DNA of 64,000 nucleotides, from positions 25,793 through 89,792 of the forward strand of contig DATKCE010000053.1 in NCBI GenBank assembly GCA_035513335.1, read 5' to 3'. Below, piece by piece: positions 18,242 through 27,409 of the stretch (positions are counted from its first letter, which is position 1; each line of letters starts with the position of its first letter). Made by a program: the position numbers and the translations under genes. The stretch comes from Acidimicrobiia bacterium (GTDB lineage: Bacteria > Actinomycetota > Acidimicrobiia > Spongiisociales > ZC4RG35). Below the pieces are notes generated by a model. The model did not search any database and had not been told where the DNA came from. It saw only the letters and a program-made list of their open reading frames with translations.

Positions 18242-19155
18242 GCGCCGGGTCCGTTACTCGGCTTGAGAAACAAGTCTTCGAGCGAGGCGACACCGCGGAC
18301 CATACGGATCAACCCCGTGTCGCCGGCGGCGCTCTCCTGGATGATCGCCTGCTCGATGCTGTGGTCTCCCGGCCCGACCACGAGCCGCAGTCCATCCAAA
18401 GTCACCGCGAGGCCGCGATTGGTGAGACGCTCGGCGAGGCGCGCCGGATCGGTCACCACCTCGACTTGAACCGTTCCTAGTTTCTCCGGGCCCAGCAGTG
18501 GTCCCGAGCGGAGAAGCCTTCCGCCGTCGAGCATGACCACCCAGGAACAGGTCTCCTCGATGTCGGTGAGCACGTGGGAGCTGACGATGACGTTGATGTC
18601 GAACTCCCCGAGACGGCGGATCAGCTGGAGCATCTGGGCCCGGCCGGCCGGGTCCAGCCCCGACGCCGGCTCGTCGAGGAGAAGGAGATCGGGATCGTGG
18701 ACGATGGCCTGAGCCAGCTTGACCCGCTGTTGCATCCCGGTCGAGAAGTCGCCCAGAAAGCGGAAGCGCTCCTCCTCGAGACCGACCAGGAAGAGGGTCT
18801 CGGACGAGCGCCTTCTCGCTTCCCTGGGCGGGATCCCGGCGAGCTGCGCGGCATAGGAGACGAAGTCGGCCGCCGTCTGGTCCCTGGGGAGGCACTCTCC
18901 CTCCGGCATGTAGCCGAGTCTCGCCCTGACCTCGAGCGGAGACGTCTGTGGATCGTGGCCCATCACCCACATCCGGCCTCGGGTGGGGTGGAGTAGACCG
19001 AGGAGCAGACGGAGCATGGTGGTCTTGCCGGCGCCGTTCGCTCCCACCAGCCCGGTCACACCGGGGGGTATCTGCAAGGTGAGATCGCGCAAGGCGACCA
19101 CTTCTCCGTAGTCGTGGGTCAACCCGTCGATCTCGACGATGTCCTCGCGGTTCAT
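18238..19155 (-). CDS. ABC transporter ATP-binding protein
   Basis: Walker A GANGAGKTT, signature FSTGMQQR, Walker B LLLDEPASGLD. Start trimmed to ATG 19155 (MNREDIVEI..). Confidence 0.9.
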   Translation of the reverse strand: MNREDIVEIDGLTHDYGEVVALRDLTLQIPPGVTGLVGANGAGKTTMLRLLLGLLHPTRGRMWVMGHDPQTSPLEVRARLGYMPEGECLPRDQTAADFVSYAAQLAGIPPREARRRSSETLFLVGLEEERFRFLGDFSTGMQQRVKLAQAIVHDPDLLLLDEPASGLDPAGRAQMLQLIRRLGEFDINVIVSSHVLTDIEETCSWVVMLDGGRLLRSGPLLGPEKLGTVQVEVVTDPARLAERLTNRGLAVTLDGLRLVVGPGDHSIEQAIIQESAAGDTGLIRMVRGVASLEDLFLKPSNGPGA

Positions 19156-19229
19156 CGACGGGAGTGTGGCATGGGCCAGGAGGCACCGAAATCGGGGATC
19201 ACCCCCCACCTGTCCCCGGGGGGGCTAAC

Positions 19230-19282
19230 CCGTTCTGTGAGGGTCTACCGCGCGTAACGCGCCACGAACCCGCACAGAACGG
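19230..19282. repeat. REP-like nested hairpin, copy 1 (CCGTTCTGTG-N33-CACAGAACGG)
   Basis: Perfect 10-bp arms. The spacer contains GGGT/ACCC and GCGCG-TAA-CGCGC helices. It lies 3 nt after the ligase stop codon. The same arms recur at 62010-62064. Confidence 0.7.
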
Positions 19283-19285
19283 TTG

Positions 19286-20305
19286 TCAGGTGACCACCTC
19301 GCGGAAGCCGAGGCCTTCAGGTCGCTCGAGTTGGTCCATGGTGCACTGGAGGGCTTCTTTGTCGGGGCGCCAGCGGTGGAACCGGGCGGCGTGGCGGAAC
19401 CGGTCGCCCTCCAACTGGTCGTAACTGACCTCCACCACCACACCCGGCTGCACCGGTGTCCATGAGCTGTCTTTCCCCGCCGACCATCGGCTCTCGGCCC
19501 CGGGCGCACGCGCCGCCTCGTCGAAGCTCTCGTCGGCCTGCAGCTCGAGGAACCTCTCGTAGATCTCCACCCGATCGACGTTGGGGAATCCCGAGCAGTG
19601 GCCGATGAAGTGGAAGTCCCCGCGGTGGTTGTACAGACCGAGGAGCAGAGATCCGATCTTGCCGCCGTCCTTGTGCTCGCGGAACCCTCCGACGACGACG
19701 TCGACTGTGCGGCGGTGTTTGATCTTGATCATGGCCCGTTTCCCGTGCTGATAGGGGAGTTCCGGCCTCTTGGCGATGATCCCGTCACATCCTGCGGGCT
19801 CGAACTCGTGGAACCACGCACGGGCCTTCTCCTCGCTACCGGTTTCGGGAGTGAGATGCCACGGGGGCTCGAGCGTCGTCGCCAGCGCGACGAGACGTTG
19901 GCGACGCTCGGAGAACGGCGCTTCCCGCAGGTCCTCGCCCCGGTCGGCGAGCAGGTCGAACGCCACCAGCTCGGCCGGGGTCTGGCCGGACAGCAGGTCG
20001 ATCCGTGACTCGGCGGGATGGATCCGCTGTTGCAGGGCGTCGAAGTCGGTGACACCGTCGATGACGACGACGATCTCGCCGTCGACCACGGTCCCCGAGG
20101 GGAGCTGGTCGAGAGCAGGGCGCAGCTCGGGGAAATAGCGGAGGAGAGGTCGCTGGTTGCGAGAGTCGAGGCGGGGATCCGGCGCCGACCAGGAGACCGA
20201 TCGGAAACCGTCCCATTTGGGCTCGTACACGAAGTCGCCGCGCGGCCAGTTCTCTGAGACCTTCGCCTCCATGGTCGCTACGGGCGGTTGAAACGGATGG
20301 CTCAT
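19286..20305 (-). CDS. ATP-dependent DNA ligase (LigC / LigD-ligase-domain type)
   Basis: Adenylation motif YEPKWDGFR (KxDG), later GCDGIIAK and an OB-fold region. Start trimmed to ATG 20305 (MSHPFQPP..). Confidence 0.88.
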   Translation of the reverse strand: MSHPFQPPVATMEAKVSENWPRGDFVYEPKWDGFRSVSWSAPDPRLDSRNQRPLLRYFPELRPALDQLPSGTVVDGEIVVVIDGVTDFDALQQRIHPAESRIDLLSGQTPAELVAFDLLADRGEDLREAPFSERRQRLVALATTLEPPWHLTPETGSEEKARAWFHEFEPAGCDGIIAKRPELPYQHGKRAMIKIKHRRTVDVVVGGFREHKDGGKIGSLLLGLYNHRGDFHFIGHCSGFPNVDRVEIYERFLELQADESFDEAARAPGAESRWSAGKDSSWTPVQPGVVVEVSYDQLEGDRFRHAARFHRWRPDKEALQCTMDQLERPEGLGFREVVT

Positions 20306-20342
20306 CGGCGCGGAGTGTATGTGCCGATAGCCTGAGAGCCGG

Positions 20343-21335
20343 ATGTGGAACAAGACCAAAGCGAACCTGCGTCTCACCTACGACGTCTTCGTGGCGGCGG
20401 GCAAGGAGTTCGCTGCCGTCCGGGGGAGTCGGATGGCCGCTGCCGTCGCCTACCGGACCATGTTCGCCCTGGCGCCTTTGTTCCTCCTTGCAGTGAGCAT
20501 CGCCGGGACGGTCTTGGGAAGTCGCGACGCCGCCCGGTTCGAGATCCTGTTTCGGGTCGAGGAGCTGGCGGGCCCACAGGTGAGGAGCGCCCTCAGCACC
20601 TTCCTCCAATCGGTCGAGGTCTCCAGAGACAGTGCCGTGATCCTCGGTGCTGCGCTTCTCTTCTGGACCGCCTCCAGCCTCTTCATGGAGATCCAGACCG
20701 ACCTCAACGACATCTTCGACGTGCCCCAGGAGAGGGTGAGGGGAGTAATGGGGTTCATCCGCAAGCGGACACTTGGTGTTCTCTGGGTGCTCGGGATCGG
20801 TGTCGCCCTGATCGCGGTGTGGCTGGTGAACGCGGTCTGGCGCTATTTCGGCGACTCGATCCTGCCCGCCGGTGCCGAGCATCTCCACTCTCTGGTGGGA
20901 TGGCTCACTCCGCTGGTGTCGGTCATTCTCCTCCCCCTCCTCCTAGGGCTCTTCTTCCAGACGATGGTCGCGGTCAAGGTGCGCTGGAGGGCCATCTGGT
21001 GGGGGTCCTTCTTCACATCGGTGGCGTTCCTCGCCGCCGCCTATGTAGTGAGCCTCTACTTCGCATGGGACAGCGAGACCTCGGCGTCACAAGTGGCTGC
21101 GTCACTGTTCGTGATCCTGCTCCTCGCCTTCGTCCTCGCCGCAGTGTTCCTCTTCGGGGCCGAAGTGACCAAGGTCTACGACGACTACCTCGACAACGGG
21201 GACGTTAAGACGCCGAGCGAGCGAAACGCCTACCGCCCCGAGATCGTGGTCTCCGAGCCGGAGCGATCGGTGACCCTCGCCGCGGTGTTCGCCTTCTTCG
21301 CCGGATGGCTCGTAGGCTGGCGCCGACGTCCCTGA
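20343..21335 (+). CDS. YihY/BrkB family membrane protein
   Basis: AAAVAYRTMFALAPLFLL N-terminal signature and a 6-TM profile. Confidence 0.82.
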   Translation: MWNKTKANLRLTYDVFVAAGKEFAAVRGSRMAAAVAYRTMFALAPLFLLAVSIAGTVLGSRDAARFEILFRVEELAGPQVRSALSTFLQSVEVSRDSAVILGAALLFWTASSLFMEIQTDLNDIFDVPQERVRGVMGFIRKRTLGVLWVLGIGVALIAVWLVNAVWRYFGDSILPAGAEHLHSLVGWLTPLVSVILLPLLLGLFFQTMVAVKVRWRAIWWGSFFTSVAFLAAAYVVSLYFAWDSETSASQVAASLFVILLLAFVLAAVFLFGAEVTKVYDDYLDNGDVKTPSERNAYRPEIVVSEPERSVTLAAVFAFFAGWLVGWRRRP

Positions 21336-21377
21336 TCCCTCGCCGATCTTCGACCAAGCCAATAACCTCGCGCGACG

Positions 21378-21944
21378 ATGGCAATCGACATTCCCGGCTT
21401 CATCGCCGACTTCAAAGAGCACGCCACTGACCATGGTTTCCACGTCCACGACGAACGCCACTTCGTAGAGACGTATTCACTGCGCCAGTCCTGGGAGGTC
21501 GACGTCCACCCCGAGGCCGGCTGTGGCGGCCCCATCGACCTCCACGTCGCCCTCGACGTCAATCCCAACGTACTGCTCTCGCTACGAGCCCAGCTCGAGC
21601 AGATGTCCGACTTCGAAGAGCCACCAGACGAGTTCTTCCTCGACCTCTATTTCAACTGGGCGGTGCCGCCTCTACACCACCCACCCGACCTGCTCATCCT
21701 CTCCACCGACCTCGCCGGTCTGGGTGGCATCGACCTCCCCATCGAGGTCTCGGCGGTCGACTCCTACGCCGACGTGATGGGATCCCCGGAGCGACGACTC
21801 CAGCTGACGGGCAAGGCGCAGGTGAGCCTGGTCGACATCCTGATGGGCAGAGAGCAGCTCTGCGACGTGCTCGACAATTCCCGCGAGGTGAGTCACTATC
21901 TGCTCGACCGGGTGGGCGGCTGGATGGAGCTGCCGGAGTCCTGA
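21378..21944 (+). CDS. Hypothetical acidic protein
   Basis: 188-aa ORF with coherent codon bias. No family recognised. Confidence 0.55.
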   Translation: MAIDIPGFIADFKEHATDHGFHVHDERHFVETYSLRQSWEVDVHPEAGCGGPIDLHVALDVNPNVLLSLRAQLEQMSDFEEPPDEFFLDLYFNWAVPPLHHPPDLLILSTDLAGLGGIDLPIEVSAVDSYADVMGSPERRLQLTGKAQVSLVDILMGREQLCDVLDNSREVSHYLLDRVGGWMELPES

Positions 21945-21961
21945 AGCCCGGGCTCCGACTC

Positions 21962-22384
21962 TCAGAAGATGATGCTGATCAGTGCCCAGAGGGCGAGGGC
22001 AGCCGTGATCAGGCAGAGGGCGTAGAAGAGACCCATGGTCAGCGGTCGAGCTGGGGGCGCTTCCCTCACTCCGTCGGGCGGCGCGGGATCGGGCGCGGGG
22101 GGCATAGCTACCGCGGGGGTGGTCTTCGGGGCTCCGTTGACCGCTGCTGCGAAGAGGCTGGGCTGGTTGGGGACGAATCGAAGCGTCTCGTCCTCGGCGG
22201 TGATGGCGTAGGTCGTGTCCTGGACGTGGTTTATCCGGCACTCGTCGACCGGCCAGTGGCCGATCTCGGTGCCTCCTGCGGACATCCGGACGTAGTCGTC
22301 GTCCAGTTCCACGATCACGGGGACGTCGTCGTCGGCGAGAGTCACCACGCCGTCGTACATAGCCAAGCTCTCAGTTCCCCCCAT
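21962..22384 (-). CDS. Hypothetical C-terminally membrane-anchored protein
   Basis: 140-aa ORF: a small N-terminal beta-rich domain, a Pro/Ala linker, and one C-terminal TM (LFYALCLITAALALWALISIIF). Confidence 0.55.
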   Translation of the reverse strand: MGGTESLAMYDGVVTLADDDVPVIVELDDDYVRMSAGGTEIGHWPVDECRINHVQDTTYAITAEDETLRFVPNQPSLFAAAVNGAPKTTPAVAMPPAPDPAPPDGVREAPPARPLTMGLFYALCLITAALALWALISIIF

Positions 22385-22436
22385 CAGGTGGGATCACAAA
22401 CTAGAGCCTCGAGTGGCCGGTGTCGACCTCTCCGGG

Positions 22437-23132
22437 CTAGAAACGGACCCCCGTGGCCTCGCACAGAAGTCGAGTGAAGGGCGCCGCCTTCTCGAACCGC
22501 TCCAGCAACTCATCGACGAAGCCCGCTGAGGTGACCTGCCTCTGGGTGAGCCGGGACGCAGCGGTGAAGCTCCGGAGGCGGAGATCGTCCGGGTAGGGAT
22601 GATCTCGGTCCCTCAGCTCCTTGGGAACCTGTCGCAGCCGGTCGTACTCACGTCCATCGAGGTTCCAGAAGTCGGTGAACGGTGGGGCATGCGCCGCCTC
22701 ACGCCACCCCGACGGATCGTCGTGGATGGCCCGTCGGATCCGCCGCGCCACCGCGGCCTCGGGGCGCCACAATCCTGCCCCGGCGAACGATCCCCCCGGT
22801 TCGAGATGGACGTAGAGCCCCGGGGCGTGGACGTCCTTTCCGGCGGCATGCCTGAAATGGATCCCCACATTCGTCTTGTAAGGGGCCCCTTTGGCGAATC
22901 GCATGTCCCGATGGGGCCTCATCAGCGAGCCGCCACTCACCCTGGTGTCGGCGGTGAGATGGGGGGAGATACGCTCTAGCTGCTCTCCGAGGTCGGCGAT
23001 GAGGTCGAGCGCGGGCTCACGGATGATGGAGACATAACGCTTCTTGTTCTTCTCCCACCACTCCCTGTCGTTGTTGGCGGCGAGCTCGCGGAGGAAGACG
23101 AACACCGCGGGCGTGAAGTATCGGGTTCCCAT
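22437..23132 (-). CDS. DUF2461 (TIGR02453) family protein
   Basis: FVFLRELAANNDREWWEKNKKRY.. N-terminal signature. Start trimmed to ATG 23132. Confidence 0.8.
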   Translation of the reverse strand: MGTRYFTPAVFVFLRELAANNDREWWEKNKKRYVSIIREPALDLIADLGEQLERISPHLTADTRVSGGSLMRPHRDMRFAKGAPYKTNVGIHFRHAAGKDVHAPGLYVHLEPGGSFAGAGLWRPEAAVARRIRRAIHDDPSGWREAAHAPPFTDFWNLDGREYDRLRQVPKELRDRDHPYPDDLRLRSFTAASRLTQRQVTSAGFVDELLERFEKAAPFTRLLCEATGVRF

Positions 23133-23255
23133 CGGGCGAATCCTTTCCGTGACTCCCCCCAACATAAGTCGCGCCGGTGACCGATTTGAAGGGGGTCGCG
23201 GCAGCGGGCCAGAGATTGCGCCTCACCCCGATGGCCATATCATTGCGCGCAGTAA

Positions 23256-24296
23256 GTGACCCTCTTCCTAGCCGCTGCCGAATCCGGCACCACCAACTTC
23301 GCCCGCTTCGAGGTCCCTGCATGGGCATGGATCTCGCTGGTGTCGGCCATCACCGTCATGCTGGTCGTGGACCTGCTCTTGGTCCATCGCACGCCCCACG
23401 AGATCACCATCAAGGAGGCGTCGATCGAGTCGGCCGTCTGGATAGGCATCGGACTCTCCTTCACCGGGGTCATGTTCTGGTGGCAGGGATCCACTGCATC
23501 AGGTGAGTACCTGGCCGGCTACCTGATCGAGAAGAGTCTCTCCATCGACAACGTTTTCGTCTGGGCGGTGATCTTCTCCTACTTCGCCGTCCCCCGGAAG
23601 TATCAGTTCAGGGTCCTGTTCTGGGGCATCTTCGGAGCCCTGGTCCTGAGGGCCATATTCATCTTCGCCGGTGTGGCGCTGCTGGAGCGGTTCGACTGGA
23701 TCCTCTACGTGTTCGGTGGGTTTCTCCTGTTCACCGCCTGGCGCATCTACAAGCACGACGAAGCCGAGGTCCATCCCGAGAACAACCCGATCCTGAAGTT
23801 CGTGCAGCGGGTGGTCCCCTCCACCCCGGAACTGGACGGTCAGAAACTGTTCACCAGGAAGCACGGACGACTTCTCGCCACGCCCCTGTTCGCGGTGCTC
23901 ATCCTGGTCGAGACCACCGACGTGGTGTTCGCGGTCGACTCCATCCCGGCAATCCTCGCCGTGTCCCGGGAGCCGTTCATCGTCTTCTCGTCTAATGCGT
24001 TCGCCATCCTCGGGCTCCGCGCCCTCTACTTCCTGCTCTCCGGGATGCAGGGCCGGTTCCGATACCTCAACGCGGGTCTGGGCATCATCATGGCCTTCGT
24101 CGGGGTCAAGATGCTCCTGGCGGAGGTATATCACATGCCCACCTGGCTTAGCCTCAGCGTGATAACCGTGGTGCTCGGCGTGACGATCTGGGCGTCACTT
24201 CGCGCCGAGCGTAGGGACGAGCAACCGGCCCCGGGCTCCGATCCGGACGCCCCAGCTCGCGTCTCCCGTGACGAGCCTGAGGACGGTGAGCGATGA
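23256..24296 (+). CDS. TerC family integral membrane protein
   Basis: YLIEKSLSIDNVFVW and VETTDVVFAVDSIPAI repeats typical of TerC/Alx. GTG start. Confidence 0.88.
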   Translation: MTLFLAAAESGTTNFARFEVPAWAWISLVSAITVMLVVDLLLVHRTPHEITIKEASIESAVWIGIGLSFTGVMFWWQGSTASGEYLAGYLIEKSLSIDNVFVWAVIFSYFAVPRKYQFRVLFWGIFGALVLRAIFIFAGVALLERFDWILYVFGGFLLFTAWRIYKHDEAEVHPENNPILKFVQRVVPSTPELDGQKLFTRKHGRLLATPLFAVLILVETTDVVFAVDSIPAILAVSREPFIVFSSNAFAILGLRALYFLLSGMQGRFRYLNAGLGIIMAFVGVKMLLAEVYHMPTWLSLSVITVVLGVTIWASLRAERRDEQPAPGSDPDAPARVSRDEPEDGER

Positions 24297-25063
24297 GTCG
24301 CACCCTTGCCTTCGGGGACGACGGTTCCGACGGTGCCGCCCGCTGCTGGGATTGGATCGCCAGTCACGTCTGGGACGGTTGGGAGCTCGAGGTGGTGACG
24401 ACCGAGCCGCCGGCAGACATGCACCCCGTCTCCCCCGATGAAGCTGAGCTCCATTCGTGGGAGCCGGACCAACCCCGCGACACCGCTGGTCTCGGTTTCG
24501 CCTCTATCGAGTATCTTCGAGCCCAGATCGACCCCCGGGTAGCGCTCATCGCCCGGGCTTGGGACCTGGTGGCTATCGGGCCGCGCGGGTCTGGCGTCCT
24601 CAAGACGCTCCATCTCGGGAGCACAGCCGATTGGTTGCTGCGTCAGCCCACCTCTCCGCTGCTGATCGCCCACCGGGGAGAGCCGGTGAGACGGGTCCTG
24701 GCCTGTGCCGACGGGTCTGGCCACGCCCGGCGGGCCATCGAGACGTTGGCCTCGCTACCACTGGTGGCCGGACTGCCGGTGACGGTGATGGCTGTCGACG
24801 ACGGGCGGGTCGACGCCCGGTCAGCCGTCGAAGGGGCCGGGGAGCTCCTCGTCGGCTCCGGAGCGGAGATCGACAAGGTGATACTCCAGGGAAGGCCGAC
24901 CAGGGTGATCCTGGACCAGATCGCGGAGGCAGAGCCCGGTCTGGTGGTCATGGGAGCGCGCGGCCACGCGGGCTTGAAGCGGTTGGTCCTCGGTTCCACC
25001 ACCTCTGCGGTAGCGCGGTCTAGCGACGTGTCACTGCTGGTGGCACACGCCCGGATGGAGTGA
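24293..25063 (+). CDS. Universal stress protein (tandem Usp domains)
   Basis: Second domain ends in VVMGARGHAGLKRLVLGSTTSAVARSSDVSLLVAH. ATGA overlap with terC. Confidence 0.82.
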   Translation: MSRTLAFGDDGSDGAARCWDWIASHVWDGWELEVVTTEPPADMHPVSPDEAELHSWEPDQPRDTAGLGFASIEYLRAQIDPRVALIARAWDLVAIGPRGSGVLKTLHLGSTADWLLRQPTSPLLIAHRGEPVRRVLACADGSGHARRAIETLASLPLVAGLPVTVMAVDDGRVDARSAVEGAGELLVGSGAEIDKVILQGRPTRVILDQIAEAEPGLVVMGARGHAGLKRLVLGSTTSAVARSSDVSLLVAHARME

Positions 25064-25077
25064 TCGCCGGGCCCGGC

Positions 25078-26244
25078 TCAGTCGAGGACCCTCTTGCAGT
25101 TCCAGGCGTGCCAGTAGTCGTAGCCCAGCTGCTGGTAGCGATTCGCCAGCCACGCCGCACTGGCCGTGTTGGCCTCCGGATCCAACGGGCTGGTGTCCGG
25201 ATAGCCGGCCGCGGGGGCGGTCGTCGCCCAAGTGGAAGGGAGGAACTGGAACAAACCTGCAGCTCCGGAGTAGGGGTTGACCGCGTTGGGGTCGCCGTTC
25301 GACTCGCAGTTGATGATCCGAAGTGCCTCCTCGACCCGGTTCGACGGGAAGAACTGCTGCACCAACGACCGCCATTGCTCGACGGCCGGTGGATGGTTCC
25401 AGGGCCCGCCGCCGCCGGAGCTGGTGGTGGGTGGTGTCGACGTGGTCGTGGTGGTGGGATTCGACGGACTCGTCCCGGGCGGGCTCGTCGCGGGCGGGGA
25501 GGTGGTGGTCGTGGAGGGGTTGCGGTTCTCCTGGCGCTGCCGCTCCTCTGCCTTGGCCCTGGCCACTTCCACGGCGCTGAGGGCGGCCCGATACTCGCGA
25601 TCTGCTCGATCCGCGGTTCGAATGGCCTCGGCGACCTCGGCATCGGCCTGCTCGAAGAGCGAGGTGTAGTTGGCTACTTCGGCATCGACTGCGGCTTGTA
25701 GCTCCGCATATCGTTCCTGTTCGGTGAGGAAGGTCTCCTTGAGGGCAACCAGGCCCTTGCGTTTGGTCAACAGCTGGCTCACGCTGAGCCGACCGTCGGC
25801 CACGACGTCTTCCACGACGGAGCTGGCCACCATCGCCCGCTCCACGGTTCCGCTGTTGACGAGAGAGACGCTGGGCGAGGCCACGACGGTCATGTAGGCG
25901 TCGACTGCTTGGACTTCTAGATCGGCCTGGATCCCGGCGAGCTCGACGTCGGCATATCCGACCTGAGCCGCGATGCGGTCGACATCCGCACCCACCTGGG
26001 AGAGTTGGGCCGTCAATTCGTTGAGCCGGGCGATCGAGTCGGCCAGTTGGCGTTCGATCTCCTCGCGATTCGTCACCGCCTCGTCGACCAGCCCGGAAGC
26101 GGTGTTGGCTCTCTGCCGTGCTTCGTCGACTGTCTCCTCGGCCTCTTCGGCGGACTGGGCGAGCGCGAGACCCTGCCCTGTGGCCACGAGTGAACCCAGG
26201 AGGGAGAAGGCGAGAAGAGCCGTGAACTGGCGCAAGAACCGCAT
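25078..26244 (-). CDS. Secreted coiled-coil protein with a C-terminal SLT-type lytic transglycosylase domain
   Basis: Signal peptide MRFLRQFTALLAFSLLGSLVATG, a long heptad-like region, a Thr/Pro linker, and catalytic region CESNGDPNAVNPYSGAAGLFQF. Start trimmed to ATG 26244. Confidence 0.82.
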   Translation of the reverse strand: MRFLRQFTALLAFSLLGSLVATGQGLALAQSAEEAEETVDEARQRANTASGLVDEAVTNREEIERQLADSIARLNELTAQLSQVGADVDRIAAQVGYADVELAGIQADLEVQAVDAYMTVVASPSVSLVNSGTVERAMVASSVVEDVVADGRLSVSQLLTKRKGLVALKETFLTEQERYAELQAAVDAEVANYTSLFEQADAEVAEAIRTADRADREYRAALSAVEVARAKAEERQRQENRNPSTTTTSPPATSPPGTSPSNPTTTTTSTPPTTSSGGGGPWNHPPAVEQWRSLVQQFFPSNRVEEALRIINCESNGDPNAVNPYSGAAGLFQFLPSTWATTAPAAGYPDTSPLDPEANTASAAWLANRYQQLGYDYWHAWNCKRVLD

Positions 26245-26331
26245 CGGGTACCAACGAGGGTAACCAGAACGGAGACGGTGCGAGAAGTGGGACTCCGCCT
26301 TCGCCCATGCGTGCACCACCGACCCTGGCTC

Positions 26332-26375
26332 GGAGATTCTCATAGGCTGAGCCCATGCAGCGTCAGAGAATCTCC
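26332..26375 (+). promoter_or_regulatory. 10-bp perfect inverted repeat enclosing the RidA-family gene start codon
   Basis: GGAGATTCTC (26332-41) and GAGAATCTCC (26366-75). ATG 26355 lies in the 24-nt loop. Confidence 0.4.
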
Positions 26376-26738
26376 TCAGGATCCCCCTACGAGCCCCGGT
26401 ACGGCTTCTCACGAGCGGTCCGGGTCGGTGATCGCATCATCGTCGCCGGGACCGCCCCGATCTGGCCAGACGACTTCGTCGATCCCGATCCCGCAACTCA
26501 GTCCCGCCGGTGTCTCGAGATCATGCTCTCGGCTCTCGACGAGGCCGGAGGCAAGCCCTCCGACGTGGTTCGCACCCGCATGTACATCACCGACGCCGCC
26601 CATGCCGACGTCATCGGGGAGGCTCATGGAGAGGTGTTCGGCGAAATAAGACCGGCGGCGACGATGGTTGTAGTTGGAGGGCTCAACGATCCGCGTTGGC
26701 ATGTCGAGATGGAACTGGAAGCCGTGGTCGTCGATTGA
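26355..26738 (+). CDS. RidA/YjgF family protein
   Basis: [29 protein letters not shown].. typical RidA-family N-terminus. 127 aa. Confidence 0.82.
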   Translation: MQRQRISSGSPYEPRYGFSRAVRVGDRIIVAGTAPIWPDDFVDPDPATQSRRCLEIMLSALDEAGGKPSDVVRTRMYITDAAHADVIGEAHGEVFGEIRPAATMVVVGGLNDPRWHVEMELEAVVVD

Positions 26739-26754
26739 GCTCGAGGAGGTTGTG

Positions 26755-27393
26755 ATGTTTGGCAGGAAGTCGAGAGAGATGCCGCCCGCCAGTGAGGCAC
26801 TCCCCGGCCGGAGGGAGACGGTGGAGGTGCCCGAGCGGCACTTCGTGAATGGCAATCCCCTGGTGGGCCCGTTCCCGGAAGGCACCGAGCTCGCCGTGTT
26901 CGGGATGGGCTGCTTCTGGGGAGCAGAGCGTCGTTTCTGGAAGCTCCCCGGCGTGTACACGACCTCTGCGGGATATGCTGGTGGTTCCACCCCGAACCCG
27001 ACCTACGAAGAGGTATGTTCGGGGATGACCGGTCACGCCGAAGTGGTGATGGTGGTCTATCGCCCGGAGGAGACCTCCTACGACGAGCTGCTGCGGGTGT
27101 TCTGGGAGACGCACGATCCCACCCAGGGCTACCGGCAGGGAAACGACATCGGCACCCAGTACCGGTCGGCCATATACACCACCACCGACGAGCAACTCGA
27201 TCAGGCCAAAAGTTCGAAGGACGTCTACCAGGCAGTGCTGCTCGAGCGTGGCTTCGGTGAGGTCACCACCGAGATCGAGTTGCTGACCGACTACTACTAC
27301 GCGGAGGACTACCACCAGCAGTACCTGGGCAAGAACCCCCATGGCTACGACTGTCACGCCAACACCGGCATCACCTACCCCGGTCTGGGCTGA
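26755..27393 (+). CDS. msrA: Peptide-methionine (S)-S-oxide reductase
   Basis: Active-site [18 protein letters not shown] 6 nt upstream of ATG 26755. Confidence 0.93.
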   Translation: MFGRKSREMPPASEALPGRRETVEVPERHFVNGNPLVGPFPEGTELAVFGMGCFWGAERRFWKLPGVYTTSAGYAGGSTPNPTYEEVCSGMTGHAEVVMVVYRPEETSYDELLRVFWETHDPTQGYRQGNDIGTQYRSAIYTTTDEQLDQAKSSKDVYQAVLLERGFGEVTTEIELLTDYYYAEDYHQQYLGKNPHGYDCHANTGITYPGLG

Positions 27394-27409
27394 CGCTCGA
27401 GGAGGCCAG

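Noticed and set aside
23133-23255. Possible yybP-ykoY (Mn2+) riboswitch upstream of the TerC-family gene
   Set aside because: TerC/Alx genes are classic targets. The leader has GAAGGGGGUCGCGG, but it lacks the highly conserved GGGGAGUAG and 3' ..AGACC.. elements and the expected four-way architecture. It needs cmscan to be certain.
26245-26420. Possible ydaO (c-di-AMP) riboswitch in the leader of the SLT lytic transglycosylase gene
   Set aside because: The riboswitch often precedes cell-wall hydrolase genes in Actinobacteria, and there is a faint ..CCGUxxxGxUUACCCUCGU.. resemblance. The spacer to the divergent RidA-family gene is only 110 nt. The conserved GGGGUGAAUC and CAGCUAACCUCGUA blocks are absent.
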